Shown here: positions 46,146-54,613 of the stretch, one piece after another
Numbering within the stretch: position 1 is the stretch's first letter
Layout: each line of letters opens with the position of its first letter
Assembly: GCA_013152275.1 (NCBI GenBank)
Contig: JAADGS010000028.1
Span: forward strand, 1-64,000
Source of the DNA: Actinomycetota bacterium
GTDB taxonomy: Bacteria > Actinomycetota > Acidimicrobiia > Spongiisociales > UBA4744
Length of the DNA: 64,000 bases
Direction: 5' to 3'
Position numbers and translations under genes: made by a program
Notes under the pieces: model-generated
The model's input: the letters and a program-made list of their open reading frames with translations, nothing else
Databases searched by the model: none
What the model was told of the DNA's origin: nothing

Positions 46146-47648
46146 ATGCACTTCACCCGATCATCAGGCGTGCTCGTCCACCCGACGAGTCTTCCCGGCC
46201 CACCCGGCATCGGCGACATCGGGCCTTCTGCGCATGCGTGGCTCGACGAGCTCGCACAGATGGGGTGCGCGCTGTGGCAGGTTCTCCCACTCGGTCCGAC
46301 CGGCTACGCCGACTCCCCGTATCAAAGCTTCTCGAGCTTCGCCGGGAATCCCAACCTGATCAGCCCCGAGAGTCTCGTCACCGAAGGCCTGCTCGACGAG
46401 GCGGAGATCCGCAGCGCCCCTGCGTTTCCAGACGATCGCGTCGACTACGGAACCGTCATCGGGTGGAAACGCGATCTGGTGGATCACGCCTTCGCCAACA
46501 TCGGTGGGCTGCAAGACGATTTCGAACGCTTCCGGTACGCGAATCGGAATTGGCTCGGCGATTACGCCCTGTTCATGACGCTGAAGGATCTCTACGGCGG
46601 CAGATCCTGGACGTTGTGGCCTTCCTTGCTGAGGGATCGCGACCCGGCACAGATGGAGAAGGCATCCTCGGCCTACGCGACAGAGATTCGCCGTCATGAG
46701 TTCGCTCAGTTCCTCTTCTCTCGGCAGTGGAATGCGCTACATCGCCACGCGCGTTCGCTCGGCATCAGCATCATCGGAGACATCCCGATCTTCGCCGCCG
46801 GAGATTCCGCCGACGTATGGGCGAACCGCCGACTCTTCCAACTGACCGAAGCCGGAGAACCTGCCTTCCAGGCAGGGGTGCCACCCGACTACTTCTCCGA
46901 GACCGGCCAACTGTGGGGCAATCCTCTCTATCGCTGGGATGAACACCGACAAACCGGATTCGCGTGGTGGACCGAGCGTTTTCGGGCCGTGCTTCGGCTC
47001 GTCGATATCGTCCGGATCGACCATTTTCGCGGATTCGTCAACTACTGGGAAGTGCCTGGAGGAGCACTCGACGCGGTCGAGGGAAGATGGGTCGACGGGC
47101 CCGGAGAGATCTTTTTCAAGACCATCCAGCGAGAACTCGGGACGCTCCCGATCATCGCCGAGGACCTCGGCGAACTGGACCCCCGAGTGCCCGCCCTGCG
47201 CGACCTCCTGGGGTTCCCGGGAATGAAGGTCTTTCAGTTCGGATTCGACACGGACCGGACCAGCGAGTTCCTCCCACACAACTACCCACGCAACAGCGTC
47301 GCCTACACGGGAACACATGACAACGATACGACCAGAGGCTGGTTCGAGAGCCTCGACGACGCCCGACGCTCATTCGTGTTGGAGTATCTGGGAACCGACG
47401 ACAGCGAAATCGCATGGGACATCATGTGGGCCGTCTGGAAGTCGAGATCGGTCTTCGCTCTCGCCCCGCTTCAGGATCTGCTCGATCTCCCGACAGAAGC
47501 CAGGATGAACCGCCCCGGCACCACGTCCGGCAACTGGCAGTGGCGCGCGACCGCCGGTGCGGTCGACACCGAGGTACGACAACGCATGCAGGCGTTGAAT
47601 CGAGCCACCCGACGCAAGCCGGGAAAGCGGAGGAAAAGCGGCGAATAG
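46146..47648 (+). CDS. malQ: 4-alpha-glucanotransferase (GH77)
   Basis: WQVLPLGP, GVPPDYFS..GQLWGNP, RIDHFRG, AEDLG, TGTHDN and MNRPG...NW motifs. Confidence 0.95.
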   Translation: MHFTRSSGVLVHPTSLPGPPGIGDIGPSAHAWLDELAQMGCALWQVLPLGPTGYADSPYQSFSSFAGNPNLISPESLVTEGLLDEAEIRSAPAFPDDRVDYGTVIGWKRDLVDHAFANIGGLQDDFERFRYANRNWLGDYALFMTLKDLYGGRSWTLWPSLLRDRDPAQMEKASSAYATEIRRHEFAQFLFSRQWNALHRHARSLGISIIGDIPIFAAGDSADVWANRRLFQLTEAGEPAFQAGVPPDYFSETGQLWGNPLYRWDEHRQTGFAWWTERFRAVLRLVDIVRIDHFRGFVNYWEVPGGALDAVEGRWVDGPGEIFFKTIQRELGTLPIIAEDLGELDPRVPALRDLLGFPGMKVFQFGFDTDRTSEFLPHNYPRNSVAYTGTHDNDTTRGWFESLDDARRSFVLEYLGTDDSEIAWDIMWAVWKSRSVFALAPLQDLLDLPTEARMNRPGTTSGNWQWRATAGAVDTEVRQRMQALNRATRRKPGKRRKSGE

Positions 47649-47693
47649 CCCCGGCCGGGTCGATACGGCCAGGTGGGCCACTAGATTGCCGGC

Positions 47694-49652
47694 ATGACAC
47701 GCCCCATCACCGCGGAGGACCTCTGGATGCTTCCCCGTGTCGGCGACCCGGTCGCAGGCGGCGGAATCGTCGTGGTTCCCGTCACACGGTTCGATCTCGA
47801 TGACAACAAGGCGACGACCGGCCTGTACCTGCTCACTCCGGACGAGCCGAGGCTCCTCACCAATCCGAAACAGGATGCAAGATCGCCCGCCATCGCGCCG
47901 GACGGCACCCGCATCGCCTTCGTTCGCTCGGAGAACGCCGACGAACCGGCGCAACTCCATGTGTTGCCACTCGATGGAGGCGAGGCCGAGCGCCTCACCG
48001 ACATGCCGCTCGGTGTGGTCGGGCCCAAGTGGATGCCCGACGGAGAAGGGCTGCTCTTCCTCTCCCCGTTGTTCACCGAGGCTCCGACCGTGGAAGGCAC
48101 CCGGAAACTGCGAGACCGGCGCGAGGATGCCGCCGTCAAGGCCCGCGTGACCGAAGATCGCCTCTACCGCCATTGGGATCGCTGGCTGACCGACGGGAAG
48201 GTTCCACACATCTTCTTGTTCGACTTCGCCTCACGAGAGATCCGAGACCTCATCCCCGACTCGCAACGGTGGTGGAGTTGGGACGAAGAGGCCGACTCCT
48301 ACGATGTTTCGCCGGATGGGAAGGAGATCGCCTTCTCCGCCGACACGAGCGAACCACCGCATGACCGTCCTCGCACCGCCATCTTCACGACCCCGGTCGC
48401 CGGCGGAACGACCCGCTGCCTCACTCCCGACGGCACCGGGCATGAGCTTCGGCCCCGTTATAGCCCGGATGGAAACCTCATCGTCTACGGGATGCAGCGC
48501 GAAATCGATTACTACGCGGATCGCGTTCGGCTGGTGAGCTACGAGCGGCAATCGGACGAACACCATGTCCTCACGGAAGCTTGGGACCGTTCCGCATCCT
48601 CATGGGAGTTCACCGCGGAGGGAGACCTCGTACTTACCGCGCAAGACCATGCACGGGTGAATCTGTACCGGATGCCGCCGAAAGACGTGGAGCCACGGCA
48701 GATCGCCGGAGGGGGGACCTTCGGCCATCCGGCACCCGGCAAGGACACCTTGTTCGCCACCTTCCAGGACCTCAGCCATCCGCCGGAGGTCGTGGGTGTC
48801 GACACATCCGGAAGCCGACGCCTGACTCGCTTCACCGAAGATCTGATGGGCGAGCTGCGACTGGGCGATGTCGAGGAGATCATCTTCGACGGAGGCGGCG
48901 GCGACCCGGTACAGGCGTTCGTCGTCTACCCGCCCGACTTTGATCCCGACCACCGCAGGCCGCTCGTGCACATGATCCACGGGGGCCCCCATGGCATGTT
49001 CGGGGACACATTTCACTTCCGATGGAACGCGCACACGTTTGCGGCCCCCGGCTACGTCGTAGCCTTGGTGAACTTCCACGGTTCGACTTCCTGGGGTCAG
49101 GACTTCGCGACATCGATTCACGGCGCCTGGGGCGATCTGCCGACACAGGACATCCTGTCGGCGACCGACCATCTCCTCGAGCGAGGGTTTGTCGACGAGG
49201 ACCGCATGGCCATCACCGGAGGCTCGTACGGCGGCTATCTGACGACATGGCTGACAACGCAGACGGATCGATTTGCCTGTGCAGTCGCCCACGCGGCGGT
49301 CACCGACCTGCCCGGGATGTATGCGTCGGACGTGACGATGGGCAGGATCCGTGCCTACGGCGCCGAGTATTGGGAAGACCCCGACACCGTGGACCGCTGG
49401 AACCCTGCACGTCACACGGCGGGCTGTCGGACGCCCACGCTCGTCATCGCCGGAGAGCGCGACGCACGCGTTCCGCCGACACAGGGTCTGGAACTCTACG
49501 GGATCCTCAAGGCCAAGGGGGTAGAGGCCCGCCTCGTCTACTACCCCGACGAGAACCACTGGATCCTCAAGCCGCAGAACTCGTTGCACTGGTATCGAGA
49601 GGTCCACGGATGGCTTGCTCGCTACCTCGGCGAGGCCTCGACCACCGGTTGA
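47694..49652 (+). CDS. S9 family peptidase
   Basis: Propeller SPDG repeats, IHGGP, GGSYGG, DARVP and DENHW motifs. Confidence 0.92.
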   Translation: MTRPITAEDLWMLPRVGDPVAGGGIVVVPVTRFDLDDNKATTGLYLLTPDEPRLLTNPKQDARSPAIAPDGTRIAFVRSENADEPAQLHVLPLDGGEAERLTDMPLGVVGPKWMPDGEGLLFLSPLFTEAPTVEGTRKLRDRREDAAVKARVTEDRLYRHWDRWLTDGKVPHIFLFDFASREIRDLIPDSQRWWSWDEEADSYDVSPDGKEIAFSADTSEPPHDRPRTAIFTTPVAGGTTRCLTPDGTGHELRPRYSPDGNLIVYGMQREIDYYADRVRLVSYERQSDEHHVLTEAWDRSASSWEFTAEGDLVLTAQDHARVNLYRMPPKDVEPRQIAGGGTFGHPAPGKDTLFATFQDLSHPPEVVGVDTSGSRRLTRFTEDLMGELRLGDVEEIIFDGGGGDPVQAFVVYPPDFDPDHRRPLVHMIHGGPHGMFGDTFHFRWNAHTFAAPGYVVALVNFHGSTSWGQDFATSIHGAWGDLPTQDILSATDHLLERGFVDEDRMAITGGSYGGYLTTWLTTQTDRFACAVAHAAVTDLPGMYASDVTMGRIRAYGAEYWEDPDTVDRWNPARHTAGCRTPTLVIAGERDARVPPTQGLELYGILKAKGVEARLVYYPDENHWILKPQNSLHWYREVHGWLARYLGEASTTG

Positions 49653-49703
49653 ACCTCTGCCGGACTCCCCCCGAGGCGCCACCAAACCCCCAGGTCAGCA
49701 GGT

Positions 49704-49728
49704 TCTTACGCGCAGAATGCGCGTAAGA
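49704..49728. repeat. Perfect hairpin (REP-like or terminator)
   Basis: TCTTACGCGCA-GAA-TGCGCGTAAGA. Confidence 0.6.
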
Positions 49729-49789
49729 TGATTTTGTCATTCGCCTCAACCATAGGTTTACCGTGAGGCCCCTCCTCTATCCTGGACAC

Positions 49790-50422
49790 ATGACCGACAC
49801 GGCAATCATCATCTCCGGGGGTGACAAGGTCCCACCGGCGGTCGCAGACGGACTTCCTGCGGACACGTACGTGATCGCTGCGGATTCCGGGCTGGACCTC
49901 GCGGCAACGCTCGGCATTCGGGTCGACATCGTGATCGGAGACCTCGATTCCGCGTCGGCGGCGGCGCTCGAAGGGGCGCAACGGCGGGGCACTCGGATTC
50001 AGCGCCACCCGGTGGACAAGGACGCCTCGGATCTCGAGCTCGCATTGGCGCACGCGCGCGAGAAGGGGGTCTCTTCGCTCATCGTGATCGGTGGGCACGG
50101 CGGCCGCATGGATCACTTCCTGGCAAATGCGTCCCTCCTGGCCGCGCAGACGGGTCTCGACATCGAGTGGCGGACCGGAACGGGCTGGGCGCATCGAGTC
50201 AACGGAACGTTGCTCCTGCGGGGCTCGCCGGGAGAAACGATCAGCCTGCTCGCATTCGGCGGACCGGCGAAGCGTGTTCGGACATCCGGTCTTCAATGGC
50301 CGCTGCACGGGGAGGACCTCGACCCGGGCGGCACTCGAGGACTGTCGAACCGGTTCATCGGGGAACAGGCGAGAATCGCCGTTGCCGACGGCAACCTGCT
50401 CGTGATCCTCCCCGAGAGATGA
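49790..50422 (+). CDS. thiN: Thiamine diphosphokinase
   Basis: AADSG, GDLDS, KDASD, GGRMDH, GLQWPL and GLSN motifs. Confidence 0.9.
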   Translation: MTDTAIIISGGDKVPPAVADGLPADTYVIAADSGLDLAATLGIRVDIVIGDLDSASAAALEGAQRRGTRIQRHPVDKDASDLELALAHAREKGVSSLIVIGGHGGRMDHFLANASLLAAQTGLDIEWRTGTGWAHRVNGTLLLRGSPGETISLLAFGGPAKRVRTSGLQWPLHGEDLDPGGTRGLSNRFIGEQARIAVADGNLLVILPER

Positions 50423-50493
50423 GCCGAAACCGCTTTTGCCGTTGATAGTTCGCCTCAATCTGATATGTTCAGGAGATCGAGTGGAGGGTCGGA

Positions 50494-51054
50494 TTGAGAA
50501 ATCTGTGGAGGCTGCTCTTCGCAGGGCTGCTGATCGTATCCGTGCTGCTGTTCCCGGCAGCCGCAAACGCCGCCATCGAGGGTGGCTGCACGGGGTCCGC
50601 CGTGATCGACGGGATCACCTACGGGCCCGACAACGACACACCGAGTAACCCCATCGTCATTCCTATCGAAAAGGACGGCGTTGTCGCCACATGGCAGGGA
50701 TCGGTCAACTTCCTGAATACGAACCACCACGGGAGTCTCGGCATGGTGGTCGGTCCGTGGACCATCAAGATCGCCGACTGGGGGGATCCCAACAGCGGTG
50801 ATGCACGATCGGCGAGCGGCACCTACGACCTGGATCAGTTCAAGGCGCAATTCCCGGTGCCGGTATCACTGATTCCGCGTGGAATCTATGAGCTCTCGGG
50901 CTTCCACCAGGCGGCCGGAGGACGCTGTGACGGACACGTGATGGTCAAGATCGATGGATCTCCGCTCTCGAGTCCGCTCGGCATCGTTTCGGTGGCGGGC
51001 ACCTTCGTGACCGGGCTCGCACTGTTTGGAGCGGCGTTCGGGAGGAAAACCTGA
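50494..51054 (+). CDS. Secreted, C-terminally anchored hypothetical protein
   Basis: Signal peptide ending ANA, beta-rich domain with two Cys, C-terminal TM segment. Confidence 0.7.
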   Translation: MRNLWRLLFAGLLIVSVLLFPAAANAAIEGGCTGSAVIDGITYGPDNDTPSNPIVIPIEKDGVVATWQGSVNFLNTNHHGSLGMVVGPWTIKIADWGDPNSGDARSASGTYDLDQFKAQFPVPVSLIPRGIYELSGFHQAAGGRCDGHVMVKIDGSPLSSPLGIVSVAGTFVTGLALFGAAFGRKT

Positions 51055-51236
51055 TGAGAGGCAAGCCAGTTCTCGGGACGATCTCCGGTCTCTTCTTCGG
51101 ATTCTTCGTCGCCTTGCTGCTTCAGCAGTTCGCCATCGCGCCCCTCACGACGACGACCTTGATCGGGCTGCCGATCGCAGGCATCGTGCTCGGCATTCTC
51201 CTTGCCGCGTGGGCACCGTTCGGGCGGCGACGCTGA
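51054..51236 (+). CDS. Small two-TM membrane protein
   Basis: 60 aa, hydrophobic; ATG overlaps the upstream TGA. Confidence 0.7.
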   Translation: MRGKPVLGTISGLFFGFFVALLLQQFAIAPLTTTTLIGLPIAGIVLGILLAAWAPFGRRR

Positions 51237-51261
51237 GCCAGGAGAACACGGGCGTCCGGGG

Positions 51262-52107
51262 TCATCGGATCGAAGCGTTGGTGAGCACCGTCTCACCCGT
51301 CTCTTTCACGGATGCCCGCAGGATGACACGATCCTCGTGTCGCCACAGGGATGTCAAGATGGTCTGACCGGGGATCACCGGTTTGGAGAAACGGGCGCGA
51401 TAGGTGCGGACCTTCGAGACATCGCCATCGAACATGCCATCGACCGCCGCCTTGCACACGATCCCATAGGTGCACAGCCCGTGCAGGATCGGTCGGGAGA
51501 ATCCCGCCATGGCGGCAACGGCCGGGTCCGCATGCAGCGGGTTCTTGTCTCCATTCAGCCTATAGAGCAGCGCCTGCTGTTCCAGCGTCGGCGACTCCAC
51601 CACCAGATCTGGGTCCCGGTCCGGAGCGATGTCACCGGGGCGAGGACCCGGCGCACCGCCGAAGCCCCCTTCGCCACGAAAGTACAGCCCCCCTCTCGCG
51701 GTGTAGAGCGGTTCTCCGCTCGCGTCCCTCCCCACGACTTCGATGACCACCAGCGCGCCTTTGCCTCTGTCCCAGATTTCGGCGATCCGCCCCGACTGCG
51801 TGACGGTCGCCGATGTGGGCAACGCTCGGTGTACGACCACTTCCTGATCACCGTGGACGAGCAGAATCGGGTTGAACGTCAGCCCCTCCACCGCGCCGAT
51901 GCCAAGCATCGAGGACATGACGGGGATCGTGGCGAACGAGGGCAGCACCTTCAGATCGGCCTCGTAGACATATCGAAGCTCGTTCGGGTCGGTTGCCGGA
52001 ACGCCGGCCCCGACGCCGATCTGATACAGGATCACCCTGTCCTCATCCCAGGACTCGGTCGTCTCGGGAAGCGGAGCGCCGAGGGCCCGATCAAGGTCAA
52101 TCGGCAT
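51262..52107 (-). CDS. MaoC-type (R)-enoyl-CoA hydratase 2
   Basis: YRLNGDKNPLHADP, ILHGLCTYG and RFSKPVIPG motifs. Confidence 0.9.
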   Translation of the reverse strand: MPIDLDRALGAPLPETTESWDEDRVILYQIGVGAGVPATDPNELRYVYEADLKVLPSFATIPVMSSMLGIGAVEGLTFNPILLVHGDQEVVVHRALPTSATVTQSGRIAEIWDRGKGALVVIEVVGRDASGEPLYTARGGLYFRGEGGFGGAPGPRPGDIAPDRDPDLVVESPTLEQQALLYRLNGDKNPLHADPAVAAMAGFSRPILHGLCTYGIVCKAAVDGMFDGDVSKVRTYRARFSKPVIPGQTILTSLWRHEDRVILRASVKETGETVLTNASIR

Positions 52108-53017
52108 CGTCTTCCCCCTGCAGCGACCGCAGCAGCAACGCGATCTCGTCCGAGATCTGCCCGAGAATCTCGAATCCGTCGGTGTCACGAATCTCGTCGA
52201 GGTGGGCGGCGATCTCCTCGACACTCGGGACGACACCCGCACCCGCAAACCACCCCTTCGTCGCTCCGATGAAGAACCGCGCGTAACGGCCCCCGCCGGC
52301 CGAGAAGATCTCGTGGGTGAACGCACACTCCTCCGATGCCAGATAGACCACCATCGCCGCGACCTGTTCCGGGTCTATGAACTTGGCGAGCTCCCCGAGC
52401 AGGTCTTCGGTCATCCGTGTTCTCGCCAGCGGGGCGATCACATTCGACTTGATGTTGTACTTGGCTCCCTCGATCGCCAGGACGTTCGAAAGTCCGACGA
52501 GGCCCATCTTGGCGGAGCCGTAGTTCGACTGGCCGAAGTTTCCGAGAATACCGGCGTTCGACGAGGTGAAGACGAGCCGTCCATAGCCGTGCTCTCTCAT
52601 CACCCTGAATGCAGGCTGGGTGACGTAGAAGGCCCCTTCGAGGTGCACGGCCAGGACCGCCTTCAGGTCGGGCGTTTCCAGCTTTGCGAAGCTCTTGTCC
52701 CTGAGAATGCCCGCATTGTTGATGACGATGTCGACGGTTCCGTACTCGTCGAGAGCCGTCTGGACGATTGCGGCTCCTCCGTCGGGGGTTGCCACAGAGT
52801 CGTAGTTCGCGACAGCCTCGCCGCCGGCCGCCTCGATCTCTTTGACGACACCGTCGGCCGGCGCAGCCGCGCCTCCGACGCCGTCCACGGCTCCGCCGAG
52901 GTCGTTGACGACCACGCGGGCACCACGACGGGCAAGTTCGAGAGCGTAGGTTCTGCCAAGCCCCCCTCCGGCACCGGTGACGATGGCCACCCGCCGATCG
53001 AAGACGATATCCGACAT
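52097..53017 (-). CDS. SDR, MFE-2-type 3-hydroxyacyl-CoA dehydrogenase
   Basis: TGAGGGLG, VVNDLGG, NNAGILRD and GNFGQSNYGSAK motifs. Confidence 0.9.
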   Translation of the reverse strand: MSDIVFDRRVAIVTGAGGGLGRTYALELARRGARVVVNDLGGAVDGVGGAAAPADGVVKEIEAAGGEAVANYDSVATPDGGAAIVQTALDEYGTVDIVINNAGILRDKSFAKLETPDLKAVLAVHLEGAFYVTQPAFRVMREHGYGRLVFTSSNAGILGNFGQSNYGSAKMGLVGLSNVLAIEGAKYNIKSNVIAPLARTRMTEDLLGELAKFIDPEQVAAMVVYLASEECAFTHEIFSAGGGRYARFFIGATKGWFAGAGVVPSVEEIAAHLDEIRDTDGFEILGQISDEIALLLRSLQGEDDAD

Positions 53018-53070
53018 GGTCTCCTCCTCGTGGTCGTTCTCCTCAACAGTACGAACGGAGGTGCGAGCCG

Positions 53071-54603
53071 TCAAAGCTCGATGATCACGCCCTCGTTCGG
53101 GCGCAGTTCGTGCTGCACGTCCCGCCCGTCCCGATCGAGGCCGGTGGAGAGCAGCACCGCGCCTTCCACGTTCACCGTGCGCGGTTCGGCGTCGAAGTTC
53201 AGAGCGACGACGAACCGGTCCTGGCCCAGCGAGCGCTCGTACACGAAGCACCCAGACGGAGCGTCGAACGATCGATACGCCCCGATCTGGAGCGCCGGCG
53301 TTTGCCTGCGAAGCCCGAGCAGCTCCTGGTAGAGCCGAAGGATCGAAGTGGCATCTTGCGCCGTAACGCAGCGCAGCCGGCTTCCCTCCGCCACGGGAAG
53401 CCACGGAACGCCGTCGGTGAAGCCTGCGTGCAGACTCGTGTCCCATTCCATCGGTGTTCTGCACCCGTCCCGCCCCATCCCGGGCATACGCCTCCCCCAC
53501 GGGTCCCGCTGCAGCTCCGGAGGGATGTCGACCTGCTCCATGCCGAGCTCGTCGCCGTAGTAGAGCGTCGGCGTTCCTCGCAGTGTGAGCAACAGCATCG
53601 CGGCCACCCTGGTCCGCTCGGATCCGATCCGAGTGGCGAGACGTACCGTATCGTGATTCCCGAGGACGTAGTTGGGCCAACCTCCCCGGGGGACGGAGCC
53701 GTCGCACGCGTCGACCAGGCGGCGTATGACGCCGGCGTTCCACGGCGCGTGCAGCAGCGTGAAGTTGAACGGCATGTGCAGCTCGTCGAGATGCCGACCG
53801 TAGTACGAGGCCCAGCGCCCCCAATCCGGTTCGTGAATCTCCCCGATGGAGAATCTCGGAGGATCGTAGGAATCCAGGACGGAGCGAATCTTCTTGAACT
53901 CCGCGTGCAGGTCCTCGTGAGCCCTGCTTCGCAGCGGCTCTTCGGTCGGCGGTTCGGGATCGTCGCGAAGCTCCGGGTCCTTCATGATGAAGTCGACGAC
54001 ATCCATCCGAAAACCGTCGACACCACGATCGAGCCAGAACCGAAGCGTGTCGAGCATCGCCGCCTCGACTGCAGGGGTGCGCCAGTTGAGATCCGGTTGC
54101 TCCGCCAGAAACGAGTGCAGGTAATACTGCTGCGTGTTCTCGTCCCACTCCCACGCCGGACCGCCGAAGACGCTCTGCCAGTTGTTGGGCAGCGATCCGT
54201 CGGGTTTCGGATCGGCCCAGACATACCAGTTGCGCTTCGGGTCATCTCGCGAAGACCGTGACGCCTCGAACCAGGGATGCCGATCCGATGTGTGATTCGG
54301 CACCCAGTCGATGATCACCTTCAGTCCCCGCTCGTGCGCCTCGGCGAGAAGCCCGTCGAATTCGTCGAGCGTTCCGAAGATCGGATCGACGTCGCAGTAG
54401 TCGGAGACGTCGTACCCGAAATCGGCCATCGGTGAGGGATAGAACGGCGACAACCAGAACGCATCGACACCAAGCGTGTCACTCACGTAGTCGAGGCGCC
54501 GCCGAATGCCTTCCAGGTCGCCGATCCCGTCCCCGTCGGAGTCCTGAAAGGACCGCGGGTAGATCTGATAGATGACACCCGTCTGCCACCAGGGCCGGCT
54601 CAT
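53071..54603 (-). CDS. GH13 alpha-glucosidase
   Basis: YQIYPRSF, DFGYDV, VPNHTS, DGFRMDV, GNHD and RDGCRTPM motifs. Confidence 0.92.
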   Translation of the reverse strand: MSRPWWQTGVIYQIYPRSFQDSDGDGIGDLEGIRRRLDYVSDTLGVDAFWLSPFYPSPMADFGYDVSDYCDVDPIFGTLDEFDGLLAEAHERGLKVIIDWVPNHTSDRHPWFEASRSSRDDPKRNWYVWADPKPDGSLPNNWQSVFGGPAWEWDENTQQYYLHSFLAEQPDLNWRTPAVEAAMLDTLRFWLDRGVDGFRMDVVDFIMKDPELRDDPEPPTEEPLRSRAHEDLHAEFKKIRSVLDSYDPPRFSIGEIHEPDWGRWASYYGRHLDELHMPFNFTLLHAPWNAGVIRRLVDACDGSVPRGGWPNYVLGNHDTVRLATRIGSERTRVAAMLLLTLRGTPTLYYGDELGMEQVDIPPELQRDPWGRRMPGMGRDGCRTPMEWDTSLHAGFTDGVPWLPVAEGSRLRCVTAQDATSILRLYQELLGLRRQTPALQIGAYRSFDAPSGCFVYERSLGQDRFVVALNFDAEPRTVNVEGAVLLSTGLDRDGRDVQHELRPNEGVIIEL

Positions 54604-54613
54604 CGTCGCCCCG

